Source of the DNA: an uncultured Gammaproteobacteria bacterium
GTDB taxonomy: Bacteria; Pseudomonadota; Gammaproteobacteria; DRLM01
Direction of reading: 5' to 3'
Assembly: GCA_963729605.1 (NCBI GenBank)
Contig: CAVSNY010000007.1
Location: forward strand, 416,001-480,000
Length of the DNA stretch: 64,000 bases
Position numbers and translations under genes: made by a program. The notes beneath the pieces are model-generated. The model worked only from the letters and a program-made list of their open reading frames with translations, was not told the DNA's origin and searched no databases. Positions 61,764-64,000 of this stretch are shown here, piece by piece; the stretch's first letter is position 1; each line of letters starts with the position of its first letter.

Positions 61764-63299
61764 TCATTTTTTGGATGGAGAGTGCGGCGTAGGCTCTGGT
61801 TGCGCCGGCTCGCCTTTTTGTTTTTGCCAGTCGGCCATTTCCTCGGCGGACCATTGTCCCTTCTGCCACGCGGCGACTTCCTCCGCGGACCATTTGCCCC
61901 AGCCGCCGCCGGCGGTTTGCGGTGATTCGGCGGTGGCGGGTTCCGCCGCGGCTGACGGCGTCGCCGGTGAGTTGTCCGTGGTGCCGGCTCTTTGTGACTG
62001 CCAGTCGGCCATTTCCTGAGCGGACCATTGGCCCTTTTGCCAGTCGGCGACCTCCTCCGCGGACCATTTGCCCCAGCCGCCGCCGGTGGCTTGCGACGTT
62101 TCAGCGGTGGCGGGGGTCGTGGGCCCGGCGGCCGGTTCTTTTTGCTTTTGCCAGTCGGCCATTTCCTGGGCCGACCATTGGCCTTTTTGCCAGTCGGCGA
62201 CTTCCTCGGCCGACCACTGCTGAACGCCTTGTCCGCCGCCGGCATTTTCTTCAGCCGCCTTGCCTTCGGCTTGGGACTGTTCCCATTGCTTTTGCCATTT
62301 ACCGCCGCCGCCTTTGCCGGCCCACTGTTTCCACCATTCGTCGCCGGTCTCTTCGGTATCGCCTTCCAGGCTGCTGCCGGTGTGTTTGAGAAACACGTCG
62401 TCCAGGCTGGGCCGGGACAGCGAGAGGGTGAGGATGCGCACCCGTTTCTCGCCGGCGAGACGGGTGATGGTCGGCACGCTCTCGCCGCCGTTCTCCACGT
62501 ACAGGTGCAGTTTATTGCCTTGCCACAGCAGATCCTTGACGTGGCCGGCCTGCTTGAGCGCCTGGGCGAACTGCTGAGTGGTCCAATCCTGCTGCTCGAA
62601 ACTGATGGTGATGGCGTCGCCGGCGATGGCGCGCTTCAAATCGTCGGGCGTGCCCACCGCGCGGATCTTGCCGGCGCTGATGATGGCGACCCGGTCGGCC
62701 AGCATGTCCGCCTCTTCCAGATAATGGGTGGTCAGCAGAATGGTGATGCCCATTTCCTTGTTGAGCTTTTGGATGTAGTTCCACAACATCTTGCGGCTCT
62801 TGATATCGAGGCCGAGGGTGGGTTCGTCGAGAAACACCAGTTTGGGGCGATGGATGAGGGCGGTGGCGATGTCCAGTTTGCGGCGCATGCCGCCCGAATA
62901 GGTGGCCACCGTGCGGTCCAGGCTGTCCGCCAATTCAAAATATTGCGCCAGCTCGGTGATGCGGGCGCGGATGTCCGCCTTGTTCATGCGGTACATGTGG
63001 CCTTGCAGCTCGAGGTTTTCGCGGCCGGTGAGGAAGTAATCGATGCCGGTATTCTGCGCCACCACGCCGATGGTCTGGCGGACCCGCTGCGGATCGATGT
63101 CCACGTCGTAGCCCGCCACCTTCACCGTGCCGCTGTCGAACCCGCACAGGGTGGCGAGGGCGCGGATGGTGGTGGATTTGCCGGCGCCGTTGGGGCCGAG
63201 CAGGCCGAGTATCTCGCCGTCGGTGACGTCCAGATCCAAGTTGTCGACGGCTTTGGTTCCGGTGGGGAATACCTTGGTGAGACCGCGTACCTGTATCAT
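61764..63299 (-). CDS. ABC exporter ATPase (DrrA-like) with a Trp-rich repeat tail
   Basis: [33 protein letters not shown], then about 200 aa of repetitive extension. Confidence 0.9.
   Translation of the reverse strand: MIQVRGLTKVFPTGTKAVDNLDLDVTDGEILGLLGPNGAGKSTTIRALATLCGFDSGTVKVAGYDVDIDPQRVRQTIGVVAQNTGIDYFLTGRENLELQGHMYRMNKADIRARITELAQYFELADSLDRTVATYSGGMRRKLDIATALIHRPKLVFLDEPTLGLDIKSRKMLWNYIQKLNKEMGITILLTTHYLEEADMLADRVAIISAGKIRAVGTPDDLKRAIAGDAITISFEQQDWTTQQFAQALKQAGHVKDLLWQGNKLHLYVENGGESVPTITRLAGEKRVRILTLSLSRPSLDDVFLKHTGSSLEGDTEETGDEWWKQWAGKGGGGKWQKQWEQSQAEGKAAEENAGGGQGVQQWSAEEVADWQKGQWSAQEMADWQKQKEPAAGPTTPATAETSQATGGGWGKWSAEEVADWQKGQWSAQEMADWQSQRAGTTDNSPATPSAAAEPATAESPQTAGGGWGKWSAEEVAAWQKGQWSAEEMADWQKQKGEPAQPEPTPHSPSKK
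61825..62345 (-). repeat. Coding repeats: six WSAxE[VM]AxWQ units in three tandem pairs
   Basis: [23 protein letters not shown] occurs three times with small variations, separated by Ala/Pro/Thr linkers. Confidence 0.9.
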
Positions 63300-63433
63300 G
63301 GCGCGTAGGATCCTATGGCTGGGGGCCGCGTGCCGGCGCCGCGGTGCCGGGGACCCTCTTTGTTAATCGAGCAAAAGACCGAAGTATAAGGTTTTTACGG
63401 CATGATGCGAAACAACTTGATGGACCGTCGGAC

Positions 63434-64000
63434 ATGCGGGTGATCGGACTGGAAACCTCCTGCGACGAAACCGGCGTGGCGGTCTACGACAGCGCGCGCG
63501 GTTTGCTGGCCCATGCCCTCTACAGCCAGGTGAGCCTGCACGAGGAGTACGGCGGCGTGGTGCCGGAGCTGGCTTCGCGTGATCACGTGCGGAAGACACT
63601 GCCCTTGTTGCGGCAAGTATTGGCCGAAGCGGGTTTGCGGCGGACCGATATCGACGGCGTGGCCTACACCGCCGGACCGGGCCTGATCGGCGCCTTGCTG
63701 GTGGGCGCCGCCATCGGCCGTTCTTTGGCCTGGGCCTTGGGCGTGCCGGCGGTGGCGGTGCATCACATGGAAGGCCACCTGCTGGCGCCGATGCTGGAAG
63801 AGAATCCGCCGGCCTTTCCCTTCGTCGCGTTGCTGGTGTCCGGCGGCCATACCCAGCTGATGCGGGTGGACGGCGTGGGGCAATATGCCCTGTTGGGCGA
63901 CACGCTCGACGACGCGGCGGGCGAGGCCTTCGACAAGACCGCCAAGCTGCTGGGGTTGGGTTATCCCGGCGGACCGGCGCTGGCGCGGCTCGCCGAACGC
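63434..64000 (+). CDS. tsaD: tRNA threonylcarbamoyltransferase TsaD (partial, runs off the window)
   Basis: Hand translation gives [55 protein letters not shown]. Confidence 0.97.
   Translation, partial: MRVIGLETSCDETGVAVYDSARGLLAHALYSQVSLHEEYGGVVPELASRDHVRKTLPLLRQVLAEAGLRRTDIDGVAYTAGPGLIGALLVGAAIGRSLAWALGVPAVAVHHMEGHLLAPMLEENPPAFPFVALLVSGGHTQLMRVDGVGQYALLGDTLDDAAGEAFDKTAKLLGLGYPGGPALARLAER

Larger units (their letters stand above)
38621..63299. other. Accessory island between rpsU and tsaD: molybdopterin synthesis, nickel uptake and export cluster
   Basis: Interrupts the usual divergent rpsU/tsaD pair. Visibly more AT-rich from about 39 to 60 kb. No integrase seen. Confidence 0.8.

Noticed and set aside
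38590-63348. 9-bp direct repeat GCGGTGCCG near both island edges as att sites
   Set aside because: It is too short and GC-rich to exceed chance, and no integrase is present.

Overview
High-GC gammaproteobacterial chromosome segment. The first ~38.5 kb is mostly housekeeping: the 5' end of an IS1595-like element, corA, trmL, glnA-glnL-glnG, glyQS-gmhB-plsC, a Zn/Mn uptake operon with a DUF2946-like RAPP leader, lptD-surA-(two REC-GGDEF genes)-pdxA-rsmA, amgK, tRNA-Ile2 and rpsU-yqeY-dnaG-rpoD, with several REP/MITE-like repeats. The main point of interest is a ~24.7 kb block (38621-63299), visibly lower in GC through its middle, that separates the normally adjacent rpsU and tsaD genes. It encodes the molybdopterin dithiolene-forming enzymes (moaA, moaC, moaD, moaE, moeB) but no Mo-insertion genes and no molybdoenzyme. 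Beside them are NikR with a Nik/Cbi(L)MQO transporter but no recognisable Ni enzyme, possible tailoring proteins (histidine phosphatase, O-methyltransferase, Kelch propeller, FmdE), a strongly expressed-looking secreted protein, a trans-envelope export set (MMPL, LolA-like, three outer-membrane barrels, ABC-2 exporter with Trp-repeat tail) and an RHH/zinc-ribbon regulator with a shared palindromic operator. My inference is an uncharacterised system that makes and exports a nickel-pterin-dithiolene cofactor or metallophore. All family calls come from motif recognition by eye; no searches were run.
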